Below, in pieces: positions 50,661-59,914 of a stretch of DNA of 64,000 nt; the first letter of the stretch is position 1, and each line of letters starts with the position of its first letter. A program made the position numbers and the translations under genes. The stretch is from assembly GCA_045597865.1 (NCBI GenBank), contig JAZLKX010000025.1, positions 128,001-192,000 on the forward strand, read 5' to 3'. The DNA is from Bacilli bacterium (GTDB lineage Bacteria > Bacillota_I > Bacilli_A > RFN20 > CAG-826). The notes under the pieces were generated by a model that was not told the origin of the DNA, ran no database searches, and was given only the letters and a program-made list of their open reading frames with translations.

Positions 50661-50761
50661 ATTGCGTAAAATTATACAAAATTTTACCGAATAATTAAAT
50701 GTTAGTTTGAAATTTTGTTTTTTTATTATATAATAATTTTGAAATTTAAAGGGTTTTTGAT

Positions 50762-51328
50762 ATGAACAATTTACTTAATGAATTAAATGGTTTCTATAAA
50801 GCAATAATCAAGAAACTAAACAACTACAGATTAACATCAATTATTGTCTCTGCAGTTTCTCTTCTTGCAGGACTCCTCTCATTAGGACTCCTCTTCATTT
50901 ATTATTTTGCAGGAGATATTTCAACTCTTACTGAATCAAGACAACCATCATTTGTTTCTTTAGGTGAATCCGGAAGAATCATGGGTATGATTTTCTTCTT
51001 ATTCTGTATCTTTGTTATCATTTGTTCGATTGTAATTATTTACAATTTACTTCCTTACATCTTAAATAAGGAAAAACTTACACCAAAGAAAGCCCCTTTA
51101 ATGATGGCAGTTGTCAATGGTGGATTACAAATTGTTGTAATTGTATTCTCAGTTCTCGCAATTGTTCTTGAAAAGCCAAATACCTATGTTTGGTACATTG
51201 TTACAATTCCATTTAACGTTATTACATGTATTGCAAACTTCCTTTGCATTGTGCCATTCCTTAAATGTGTCTTCTATCAACCTGCTATTGGTTCAAAATT
51301 ATGCGCAAGCAAAGAAGCTGATAAATAA
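50762..51328 (+). CDS. Hypothetical 4-TM membrane protein
   Basis: Four TMs; promoter-like TATAAT upstream. Confidence 0.7.
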   Translation: MNNLLNELNGFYKAIIKKLNNYRLTSIIVSAVSLLAGLLSLGLLFIYYFAGDISTLTESRQPSFVSLGESGRIMGMIFFLFCIFVIICSIVIIYNLLPYILNKEKLTPKKAPLMMAVVNGGLQIVVIVFSVLAIVLEKPNTYVWYIVTIPFNVITCIANFLCIVPFLKCVFYQPAIGSKLCASKEADK

Positions 51329-51351
51329 TAATATTAATAAAATAAATAAAG

Positions 51352-51380
51352 AAAAAAGAACTCGCGATGAGTTCTTTTTT
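51352..51380. terminator. Bidirectional intrinsic terminator
   Basis: AAAAAAGAACTC-GCGAT-GAGTTCTTTTTT. Confidence 0.8.
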
Positions 51381-51400
51381 CTTTATAATTAATAAATTAA

Positions 51401-51835
51401 TTATTCAGCTTTCTTAGCAGTGAAGTCGAGGACTGACATTAATAAACTTAATGCACCAGCGATAATTAATAAGACTGCCATTGCAATAAGTGATCCTGTA
51501 AGTTCCATTGAGATCCAGTGAATGTTTGCATTTGCTGGAGTCATTAAGACTAAGACGCCTGCTCCGATAAACATTAAACCAGTGAGTGGTGCGATAACCT
51601 TACGGGCTTTGATTGGAAGGAAGTTGACAAGCATAAGTGCTGCTGCAACAACGAATAAGAAGAATCCAACAATACCGATAATGTTTTTAACGTCTGCTGC
51701 GTTCCAAACTAATTGATAGTAGTTTCCGGAATTTACATCCATATTTAATGCAGCAGTATTGTTTGCTAAACCGAATGAAATAGAAACAAGGATAATGTTT
51801 ACTAAGTTGATAATTGGAATTAAGAATTTACGCAT
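51401..51835 (-). CDS. Hypothetical 4-TM membrane protein
   Basis: SD AAGGAG before ATG 51835 (MRKFLIP); four TMs. Confidence 0.7.
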   Translation of the reverse strand: MRKFLIPIINLVNIILVSISFGLANNTAALNMDVNSGNYYQLVWNAADVKNIIGIVGFFLFVVAAALMLVNFLPIKARKVIAPLTGLMFIGAGVLVLMTPANANIHWISMELTGSLIAMAVLLIIAGALSLLMSVLDFTAKKAE

Positions 51836-52014
51836 TGTATTTACGCTCCTTTTACTTATAAAAGCGAGATAAATTATATAGAATGCATTTAGTTTATGCA
51901 AGATATAACGTTAGAAATATTAAAATTTTCTAAAAATATATGTATAAATAATGCAAAAATTAATTTTTGAAAAAGAACTATTGTATTTTACCTAAATACA
52001 TTTATAATGTAATT

Positions 52015-52075
52015 AACCATAAGCGTTGGACGCTATGAAAAGGAAAACGGATTGGTTGCAGCCAATCCGTTTTTT
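52015..52075 (+). ncRNA. Candidate ~60-nt small RNA or attenuator
   Basis: TTGTAT-16-TATAAT (51981-52008), hairpin AGCGT-TGG-ACGCT, then terminator ACGGATTGG-TTGCAG-CCAATCCGTTTTTT. Confidence 0.4.
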
Positions 52076-52086
52076 AAACAAAAGTG

Positions 52087-52180
52087 TTGCAATTATAGAA
52101 TAATTAAAGTATATTATTCATGCTCACTTCGGTGAGTAACTCTTATTTCTAAGAGTGGCAGGTTGCCACTCTTTAGTTTA
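52087..52180 (+). promoter_or_regulatory. rimP-nusA operon promoter and leader attenuator
   Basis: TTGCAA-17-TATATT; cUUCGg hairpin at 52121-52138; AAGAGTGGCA-GGT-TGCCACTCTT with a weak U tract, resembling rimP-leader hairpins. Confidence 0.65.
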
Positions 52181-52193
52181 TTAAGGAGACTTT

Positions 52194-52655
52194 ATGTCAC
52201 TTGAAATCACAGTCAAAAATCTTATCGAAAAGCCTATTAAGGCTTTAGGCTATCAAGAAATTGAAGTTAAGTTCGTTAGAGAAAGCGGAGTTAACTATCT
52301 AAGAGTAATGGTGGACAAAGACGACGCAATCTCTTTGGATGATATTGTTAAAGTTAACGATGTTATCTCACCAATACTTGATGAAGCTGACTTAATTGCT
52401 AATGAATACGTTCTTGATGTCACAACGTTTGGAGCAGAAAAGAAAATTGATGTTTCTAACCTCGAAAAATATGTAGGAAAATACGTCAATATTCACCTTT
52501 CAAATCCATACAAAGGAATGAATATTATTGAAGGTGATTTAACAAGTGTCAATAACGACAAAGTCGTAATTGAATATAAAGAAAAAACACGCACTATCAA
52601 ATGTGAAATTGAAAGAAAATTCATTGATAAAGCGCGTCTTGCAATCAAATTTTAA
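52194..52655 (+). CDS. rimP: Ribosome maturation factor RimP
   Basis: YLRVMVDK..ISLDD..ISPILD..YVLDV..G; KARL; upstream of nusA. Confidence 0.9.
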   Translation: MSLEITVKNLIEKPIKALGYQEIEVKFVRESGVNYLRVMVDKDDAISLDDIVKVNDVISPILDEADLIANEYVLDVTTFGAEKKIDVSNLEKYVGKYVNIHLSNPYKGMNIIEGDLTSVNNDKVVIEYKEKTRTIKCEIERKFIDKARLAIKF

Positions 52656-52672
52656 AAGGAGAATTAAAAATT

Positions 52673-54331
52673 ATGGATGCAACCAAGTTTATTGAAGCAT
52701 TAGATGAACTCGAAGCTAGCAAGGGAATTAGCAAAGAGTCCATTATTGCCGCCCTCGAAGAAGCTTTACACAAAGCTCTCGAAAAACAAATTTCAGAAGG
52801 TTATCGTAATGATGGCGACATTCGTGTCAAAATCACTGCAGATCCAGCTGAAATTGACATGTGTTATGTCAGAAAAGTTGTCGAAGAAGTTGAAGATGAC
52901 TATCTTGAAATTTCAGTTGAAGACGCAAACAAAGGTCTCAAGAAAGCAAAGTATGCTGTTGGAGACGAATTTGTTGTTAAATCTTCACCAGATGACATGT
53001 TAAGACTTACAGCTTTAACAGTTAAATCTGTCTTAAGACAGAAACTTGCAGAAGCAGAAAAAATGTCACTTTATGAACTCTACAAAGACAAGATCGGTGA
53101 AATGATTACTGGTATTGTTGAAAAATGTGATGATAGAGGTGCAGTCGTCAATATTGGACGTAGCTCACTTTATTTAACACGTAGAGATTTAATTGGTGAT
53201 GAAATGCTCGAAATGGGTGCTCCAGTTAGATTATATGTTAGCGATGTTACAGGTGCAGAAGCAGGAAAAGCTCCAATGGTTAGAGTTTCCCGTGCAGATG
53301 CCGGTTTCTTAAAACGTCTTTTTGAAGAAGAAGTTAGAGAAATTTATGATGGTACAGTCATCATCAAATCCATCGCTCGTGAAGCAGGTATTCGTTCAAA
53401 ACTTGCTGTATACAGCAATGACCCAAATGTTGATTCAGTTGGTTGCTGTATTGGCATGAATGGATCCGCTATCCAAAAAATCGTCGCACAACTCGGAAAT
53501 AGCAGAGATAAAGAAAAGATTGATATCATTCAATATTCTCCAAATGATGCTCTTTTCATCATCGATGCTTTACGTCCAGCCCAAGTTTTAAGAATTGGTG
53601 TTGAAGTTGGCGAAGATGGTAAGAAAAATGCAGTTGCAATTGTTCCAGATGGACAACTTTCCCTTGCAATTGGCCGTAAAGGCGCAAACGTTCGTGTTGC
53701 ATCTAAACTTACAGATACACACATTGATATTAAAGAAGAATCTATGTCTGATGAAGTTGAAATGGAACTCAAATCAGTCGAGACAATTCAAGAAGAAGAA
53801 AAGATTCGTATTCAAAAAGAAAAATACGACAAGTACCTTTCTCAAATCAAATCACAACGTCAAGAAGCTGTCAAAACCGAAGCTGGTGTTGAAAAAGCTA
53901 AACCACAAAAAATCGTTGATGAAGTTGAAGAAGTTAAGGAAGTTAAACCAGCTGTTAAACCAGTTGAACAACCTAAGGTTGTTGAAGAACCAGTTGAAGT
54001 TGAAGAAAAACCAGTTGTTAAACCAACTGTTGTTAAGACAACAACAACTCTTGATGCCCTTGAAGCTTCATTAGAGAAAGAAAGCAAGAAGGAATCCTTC
54101 AAAGCAACACAAAAGACTTCAAAACGTCCACGTAAGATTGAAGAAGACGAAGTTGCACACGAAGAGATCAAACCAGAAGATACAACTCCAAAAATGGCTA
54201 TTTACACCGATGAAGAACTCGCTGAAATTGCCAAAGAGGAAGAAGAATTTTACGAGGATGATTACGAAGATTCAGATGAAGACATCGATTACGATGAATT
54301 CGATGAATACTACGATGACGACGACAAATAA
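52673..54331 (+). CDS. nusA: Transcription factor NusA with a long, very acidic C-terminal extension
   Basis: S1 and KH motifs AREAGIRSK, VGCCIG..G, EKIDII, LSLAIGRKGANVR. Confidence 0.93.
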   Translation: MDATKFIEALDELEASKGISKESIIAALEEALHKALEKQISEGYRNDGDIRVKITADPAEIDMCYVRKVVEEVEDDYLEISVEDANKGLKKAKYAVGDEFVVKSSPDDMLRLTALTVKSVLRQKLAEAEKMSLYELYKDKIGEMITGIVEKCDDRGAVVNIGRSSLYLTRRDLIGDEMLEMGAPVRLYVSDVTGAEAGKAPMVRVSRADAGFLKRLFEEEVREIYDGTVIIKSIAREAGIRSKLAVYSNDPNVDSVGCCIGMNGSAIQKIVAQLGNSRDKEKIDIIQYSPNDALFIIDALRPAQVLRIGVEVGEDGKKNAVAIVPDGQLSLAIGRKGANVRVASKLTDTHIDIKEESMSDEVEMELKSVETIQEEEKIRIQKEKYDKYLSQIKSQRQEAVKTEAGVEKAKPQKIVDEVEEVKEVKPAVKPVEQPKVVEEPVEVEEKPVVKPTVVKTTTTLDALEASLEKESKKESFKATQKTSKRPRKIEEDEVAHEEIKPEDTTPKMAIYTDEELAEIAKEEEEFYEDDYEDSDEDIDYDEFDEYYDDDDK

Positions 54332-54383
54332 CTTTTAGTTATTTTCTCTAATCCAACTAATTAAAGAAAGTGAGGTAAAAGCT

Positions 54384-56219
54384 ATGTCTAAATATCAAGA
54401 TTCAAGAAGAGCAAATATTCCAGCAAATGGTGTAAAAAACAAAGAAGCATCAAATAAAGTTGATGGTGGTGTCTTTGTTTTTACCCGTAACATGTCTGTT
54501 GGAGAACTTGCTAAAGCATTAAATCTTAATGTTAACGATATCATCAAATTCCTTTTCTTAGAAAAGAAGATGATTGTTAACATTAACCAAACATTAGACG
54601 AAGAAACAATTGGTTTAATTTGTCTTCAATTTGGTTATGACTTTAAAAAAGAAAAGATCGTAAGCGAAGAAAACTTCGAAGAAGTTGAAATTGTTGATAA
54701 ACCAGAAGACCTTAAACCAAGAGCACCTGTTGTAACAATCATGGGCCACGTTGACCATGGTAAAACAACTCTTATTGATGCTATCCGTTCAAGCCACTTA
54801 GTTGATGGTGAAGTCGGTGGCATTTCTCAAGCTATCGGTGCTTACCAAAAAGAAATCAACGGACAAAAGATTACGTTCTTAGATACTCCAGGCCACGAAG
54901 CATTTACTGCTATGAGACAAAGAGGTGCTGCTGTAACTGATATTGTTATCTTAGTTGTCGCTGCAGATGACGGTGTCATGCCTCAAACAATTGAAGCTAT
55001 TGACCACGCCAAAGCTGCTAACGTTCCAATCATTGTCGCTATCAATAAAATTGATAAAGAAGGCGCCAATGTTGAACGTATTAAGACTGAATTAATGTCA
55101 TATGACATTATTGCAGAAGAATATGGTGGAACAAACATTGTTTGTGAAATCTCTGCAAAGAAGAATATTGGCATTAAGGAACTCCTTGAAAACGTTCTTT
55201 TAGTGGCAGAAATGCAAGAACTTAAAGCTAACCCAGATAGATATGCTATTGGTACTGTTATCGAAGCAAATCTTGATAAGGGCGAAGGACCAAAAGCAAC
55301 ATTATTAGTCCAAAACGGAACTCTTACATTCCAAGACTATGTTGTTGTTGGAACTGCCTATGGCAAAATCCGTAGAATGACAAACGAATACAAGAAGATT
55401 GTTAAAGAAGCTAAACCTTCTACACCAGTCTCAGTTATTGGTTTAAGTGAAGTTCCAAATGCTGGTGATAAGTTCATGGCATTCCCAACTGAAAAACAAG
55501 CTAAAGATATTGCAGAAAAACGTGCACTTGCAAAGAAAGCATCTGATCAAAGTGCTCAAGCTGCAGCATCCTTAGAGAAGATTTACTCCAAGATTACTGA
55601 AAGTAATGGTGAAGTACAAGACATTAACATTGTCTTAAAAGCAGATACCACAGGTTCTGCTGAAGCAGTCAAAGCTTCATTAGATAAGTTAAGTAATGAA
55701 CAAGTTCACATTAACGTTATTCACGCTAGTGCTGGTGCAATTACAAATAACGACGTTATGCTTGCAAGTGCATCAAACGCTATCATCTATGGCTTTAATG
55801 TTAGACCAACTGCTATGGTTTCAGCTAAAGCTGAAGAATCTGGTGTTGAAATCAGATTACACCGTATCATTTATGCTTTAATTGAAGAAATGGAAGCAGC
55901 TATGAAAGGTTTATATAAGAAAGAAAAGGTTGAATCCATTCTTGGACAAGCCGAAGTTCGTACTCTTATTAAGATTTCAAAAGTTGGTACAGTTGCAGGT
56001 AGCTATGTAACTTCAGGCGTTATTAAAGCAGGTGCACTTGTTCGTGTACTCCGTAATGGCGTTATTACATATGAAGGAAAACTTGGATCTCTTAAGAGAT
56101 TCAAAGATGACGCAAAAGAAGTCAAAGAAGGCTTTGAATGTGGTCTTACAGTAGAGAATTTCAATGACCTTAAGGAACTCGATGTTATTGAAGCATACGA
56201 GATGGTTGAAAAAGAATAA
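54384..56219 (+). CDS. infB: Translation initiation factor IF-2 (short form)
   Basis: [35 protein letters not shown]. Confidence 0.97.
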   Translation: MSKYQDSRRANIPANGVKNKEASNKVDGGVFVFTRNMSVGELAKALNLNVNDIIKFLFLEKKMIVNINQTLDEETIGLICLQFGYDFKKEKIVSEENFEEVEIVDKPEDLKPRAPVVTIMGHVDHGKTTLIDAIRSSHLVDGEVGGISQAIGAYQKEINGQKITFLDTPGHEAFTAMRQRGAAVTDIVILVVAADDGVMPQTIEAIDHAKAANVPIIVAINKIDKEGANVERIKTELMSYDIIAEEYGGTNIVCEISAKKNIGIKELLENVLLVAEMQELKANPDRYAIGTVIEANLDKGEGPKATLLVQNGTLTFQDYVVVGTAYGKIRRMTNEYKKIVKEAKPSTPVSVIGLSEVPNAGDKFMAFPTEKQAKDIAEKRALAKKASDQSAQAAASLEKIYSKITESNGEVQDINIVLKADTTGSAEAVKASLDKLSNEQVHINVIHASAGAITNNDVMLASASNAIIYGFNVRPTAMVSAKAEESGVEIRLHRIIYALIEEMEAAMKGLYKKEKVESILGQAEVRTLIKISKVGTVAGSYVTSGVIKAGALVRVLRNGVITYEGKLGSLKRFKDDAKEVKEGFECGLTVENFNDLKELDVIEAYEMVEKE

Positions 56220-56575
56220 TGGCAGATCGCACCCAAAGAATTCAATCCATCATTGGAAAGAATATTTCTGAAATCATTCAATTTGAACTTAAGAATCCTA
56301 AAATCGGATTCTGCACAGTAAGTGAAGTTTGGGTTAGTAGTGATTTCTCATATGCTAGAGTTTATGTTACTTTCTTAGGGGCAAAGTATCCAAAACAAAA
56401 CCTCGAAGAACTTAACAAAACAAAAGGATATGTACGTTCTTCGTTAGCGAAGAAGATTGATATCCGTAAGACTCCAGAAATAACATTCTACCTTGATGAG
56501 ACTTACGAAAAAGTTAATCATCTTGATGAAGTTTTGAAAAAAGAATCAGAACAAATCGAAAAGATGAAAAAATAA
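56219..56575 (+). CDS. rbfA: Ribosome-binding factor A
   Basis: KNPKIG..TV..V.VS.D.S.ARVY, RKTPEI.F..D; TAATG coupling to infB. Confidence 0.92.
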   Translation: MADRTQRIQSIIGKNISEIIQFELKNPKIGFCTVSEVWVSSDFSYARVYVTFLGAKYPKQNLEELNKTKGYVRSSLAKKIDIRKTPEITFYLDETYEKVNHLDEVLKKESEQIEKMKK

Positions 56576-56576
56576 C

Positions 56577-56606
56577 AAAGAAAGACCTTTTAGGTCTTTT
56601 TCTTTT
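56577..56606 (+). terminator. Intrinsic terminator after rbfA
   Basis: AAAGACC-TTTTA-GGTCTTTTTCTTTT. Confidence 0.7.
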
Positions 56607-56696
56607 GGAAATTTTCAATTTCTATATTAATTAAAAAATATCAATTTTAATATTGTTATTTTTTAATTATAATAGTATAAAGGAAAGGAGAATAAA

Positions 56697-56846
56697 ATGA
56701 TATTTGTTACAGCAACTGAATTTAGAAGACATTTTGGAAAATATATAGATTTAGTTGGAATAAAGAAAAAAGAAATTGGAATAACTAAAAACGGCAAATG
56801 GGTAGTAACATTAGTACCGTATATTGAGAAGAAAAAAGGCAATTAG
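56697..56846 (+). CDS. Phd/YefM-family antitoxin-like protein, 49 aa (absent from the ORF track)
   Basis: MIFVTATEFRRHFGKYIDLVGIKKKEIGITKNGKWVVTLVPYIEKKKGN; TATEF..FGKY and ITKNGK motifs; SD AAGGAG. Confidence 0.75.
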   Translation: MIFVTATEFRRHFGKYIDLVGIKKKEIGITKNGKWVVTLVPYIEKKKGN

Positions 56847-56889
56847 TAATGAACTAAACGGGGTTCAGATTAATAACTGCCTTTTTCTT

Positions 56890-57921
56890 TTACATTGGAT
56901 AGAATGGTGACGAGAAGTATTTTAGATTGTTCTCAATGAATGCTCTGATATCTTTCTCTGATTTTTTATATTTTGATTTAAGCGATAAATCATGTATTGA
57001 TGGAATCTCATCTTTAGTGAATGAGATAACACCAATAGGAGTGGAGAGTTTATAGACAACGTATCTAGAAACATCTTCATCAAGATTTAAACATTTAAGT
57101 TCTTCTCTAAGTTTAAATTCCACTCTAGTATCACTCGCAAGGATAACTGGTTTAAAAGAAATATCTTTTCTTTCTACTTTGTAGAAGATGTCATTATAGA
57201 AAAGTATTTCTTTTTCGTAGTTATCCATCATAGAGAAGAAGTTGTCTTTTGCAGATGGATATTTCTTATATATATCTTTTAGTAATGATTTCATTTCCGC
57301 GCGCATAGTATTTCCATCATTTGGACAATGAGATGGGAAGCTAGGAATATTTTCTTCTTTTTGAGCTTTGATGATTGTATCTTCATGACAAAGAATCAAA
57401 GGACGAATGAATTCAATATCAGCGCGATCTAGATGCATCTTTGGTTGGAAAGAGGCAACTCTTCCTCCAAAGATCATATTCATATACAAAGTTTCAATTG
57501 CATCATCTCCATGATGAGCGAATGCAACTTTGTTGCATCCAAGGTCGTGAGCTGCTTTATTAATAGCAGCTTTTTTCATTCTGGAACAGATAGAACATGG
57601 AAGATGTGGTGCATCTTTTTGCTGAGCTTTAAGAATTGGATAGACTTCTTTTGAATCAATGACTTTGAGATCTAAACCAAGTGATTTAACGTACTTCTTA
57701 ATTGGTTTAGGATCAAAGCCATCAAAACCTAAATCTAAGATTACTGGAACAATTTCAAAATTCACGCAGTCAAAGTGTTGATATTGAGAAAGTGCTTTTA
57801 AAAGCACCATTGAATCTTTTCCGCCAGAAACTCCAATTAAAACCTTGTCGTTTTCGTGGAAGAAATCATACTTTTGGTCTGCTTTTCTAATAAGTCCAAG
57901 AATCGTCCTTAAAGATTTCAT
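56890..57921 (-). CDS. ttcA: tRNA 2-thiocytidine biosynthesis protein TtcA family, with a C-terminal extension
   Basis: PP-loop GVSGGKDS, PCSICSRMK, AHHGDD..ET, IRPL, CP. Confidence 0.85.
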   Translation of the reverse strand: MKSLRTILGLIRKADQKYDFFHENDKVLIGVSGGKDSMVLLKALSQYQHFDCVNFEIVPVILDLGFDGFDPKPIKKYVKSLGLDLKVIDSKEVYPILKAQQKDAPHLPCSICSRMKKAAINKAAHDLGCNKVAFAHHGDDAIETLYMNMIFGGRVASFQPKMHLDRADIEFIRPLILCHEDTIIKAQKEENIPSFPSHCPNDGNTMRAEMKSLLKDIYKKYPSAKDNFFSMMDNYEKEILFYNDIFYKVERKDISFKPVILASDTRVEFKLREELKCLNLDEDVSRYVVYKLSTPIGVISFTKDEIPSIHDLSLKSKYKKSEKDIRAFIENNLKYFSSPFYPM

Positions 57922-58017
57922 GCCAAATATTATATATTTTTGTATATTAAAATGTATAACAAATGTGATACATCATGTAAATTTTAATAAACAATCCCAT
58001 AGGGATTAAATTTCCAT

Positions 58018-58070
58018 AGTGCAATTTTTTGCACTTTAGAATTGCACTTTGGAATATCTTATATTAAAAT
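58018..58070 (+). promoter_or_regulatory. Fic gene promoter with operator-like repeats
   Basis: Palindrome AGTGCAA-TTTT-TTGCACT (58018-58035); TTGCACTTT repeated at 58029 and 58042; TTGCAC-17-TAAAAT, with ATG 6 nt downstream. Confidence 0.55.
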
Positions 58071-58076
58071 ATAAAC

Positions 58077-59063
58077 ATGATTTATTCTGATTATAAACAA
58101 TATGCTATTGAAACCTCAATTGGACTTCAAGATGTTGATCATCTAAAAAACTCCGATTATTTTCTTAGTCTTACAAATCAGTATATTAAAGGCGAAATTT
58201 CACTCAACCAATTAGATGATCTTATAACTTCTTATTACAAATCAAAACCAGATGATAATAGTAGAGTAAAAGAAACTGATATTGCTTCAAATAATATGTT
58301 AAACATATTTATGTCTGATAAAAAATTTGAATTATCAGTAAAACACTTTTGCGATATACATAGAAAAATATTTGAAGGTGTCTTTGATCATCCAGGCGCA
58401 ATGAGAACATATAATATTCAAAAAGCTGAATGGGTTTTAGATGGTGACACAGTAGTTTATGGTGATTATAGAAGTTTGTATGACACAATTAGTTATGATC
58501 TGCAGGCGGAAAAAGATTTTGATTATGAAGGCCTGACAATTGATGAAAAAATAAAACATTTAGCGCAATTTGTTGCTAATATTTGGCAAAATCATATTTT
58601 TAGTGAAGGAAATACAAGAACTGTTTCTATTTTCTTTATTGAATATTTAAATAGTTTAGGTTTCAACTTAACAAATGATGCCTTTGCAGCTAATGCTTGG
58701 TATTTTAGAAACTGTTTGGTTAGAGCAAATTATTCTAATTTTGAAAAGCATATAGAAGAAGACAAAAGCTATTTAATTAGATTTTTAAGAAATCTCCTAT
58801 TGGGAGAAAATAATAGATTGCTAAATAGAGAATTACACATTAAATATGGAATTCATTTAGACAAAACTAAAGAATTATCAAATAATGAAAAACATGTAAT
58901 TGACTTAGTAAAGCATAATCCATCTATTAAAACTGATGATATTGCAAAGTATTTGAATGTTTCAGTTAGAACTGTAAAAAGTATCTTACAAGCATTAAAA
59001 GAAATGAAATTGATCAAACGTATTGATGGAAAACGATATGGTTATTGGAAGGTGTTAGATTAA
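58077..59063 (+). CDS. Fic-domain protein with a C-terminal winged HTH
   Basis: Fic motif HIFSEGNTRT; C-terminal NPSIKTDDIAKYLNVSVRTVK..LIKRIDGKRYGYW. Confidence 0.88.
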   Translation: MIYSDYKQYAIETSIGLQDVDHLKNSDYFLSLTNQYIKGEISLNQLDDLITSYYKSKPDDNSRVKETDIASNNMLNIFMSDKKFELSVKHFCDIHRKIFEGVFDHPGAMRTYNIQKAEWVLDGDTVVYGDYRSLYDTISYDLQAEKDFDYEGLTIDEKIKHLAQFVANIWQNHIFSEGNTRTVSIFFIEYLNSLGFNLTNDAFAANAWYFRNCLVRANYSNFEKHIEEDKSYLIRFLRNLLLGENNRLLNRELHIKYGIHLDKTKELSNNEKHVIDLVKHNPSIKTDDIAKYLNVSVRTVKSILQALKEMKLIKRIDGKRYGYWKVLD

Positions 59064-59064
59064 T

Positions 59065-59910
59065 ATGGTTTCAGGTTCATTACTTATTAATAAAGAAATA
59101 GGATTAACATCTAGACAAGAGGTTAATAATATTTCGCATATTTTAAAAGAAAAGAAAGCAGGACACATTGGTACTCTTGATCCTTTTGCAGATGGACTTT
59201 TAATCGTGCTTTTAGGATCCTCAACCAAGATTTCTCCATTCTTAGAAATCATGGATAAAACTTATGTTGCAACTCTTAAACTAGGAACTCAAACTGACAC
59301 TGGTGATTTGACTGGAAATGTAGTGGAGCAAAAAGAAATAAAACCGCTAAATAATGAAAAAATCACTCAAATTCTAGGACATTTTAAAGGAAAACAACTT
59401 CAAACACCTCCAATGTATTCAGCCTTAAAAGTCAATGGAAAAGAGCTCTACAAGTACGCTAGAGAAGGCAAAGAAATTGAACGTAAACAAAGAGAAATAG
59501 AAGTGTTTGACATTAAACTTCTTGACTACAAAAATAATGAGCTAACTTTTGAAGCAAAAGTATCAAAAGGAACATATATCCGTACTCTTGGAGAAGACAT
59601 TGCAAAAGCTCTTGGAACTGTCGGTCATTTGATTAGACTAACAAGAACTGAAGTCGGTCCATATAAGCTTGAAGATGCTATAAGAAGTAAAGATGTAAAA
59701 GAATCAGATTTAATTCCAATGTCTAAAATGTTGGAGTTCATGCCATCATATGAAGTTGATGGTGAACTTGCAAAGAAAGCATTAAACGGAATGCATTTTA
59801 GACTCCCAATAAATGAGCAAAGAGTTTTGCTAAAAGATAATGATGGAATAATTGCTATTTATGAAAGACTCGAAAGTGGAGTTTATTCCCCAGTGAGAGG
59901 ATTACGCTAA
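59065..59910 (+). CDS. truB: tRNA pseudouridine(55) synthase TruB
   Basis: KAGHIGTLDPFADG, QTPPMYSALKVNGKELY, VSKGTYIRTL. Confidence 0.95.
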   Translation: MVSGSLLINKEIGLTSRQEVNNISHILKEKKAGHIGTLDPFADGLLIVLLGSSTKISPFLEIMDKTYVATLKLGTQTDTGDLTGNVVEQKEIKPLNNEKITQILGHFKGKQLQTPPMYSALKVNGKELYKYAREGKEIERKQREIEVFDIKLLDYKNNELTFEAKVSKGTYIRTLGEDIAKALGTVGHLIRLTRTEVGPYKLEDAIRSKDVKESDLIPMSKMLEFMPSYEVDGELAKKALNGMHFRLPINEQRVLLKDNDGIIAIYERLESGVYSPVRGLR

Positions 59911-59914
59911 TCAT

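Noticed and set aside
52035-52103. 22-aa ORF MKRKTDWLQPIRFLNKSVAIIE as a leader peptide
   Set aside because: No SD, ATG lies in a hairpin, and the ORF runs through the terminator
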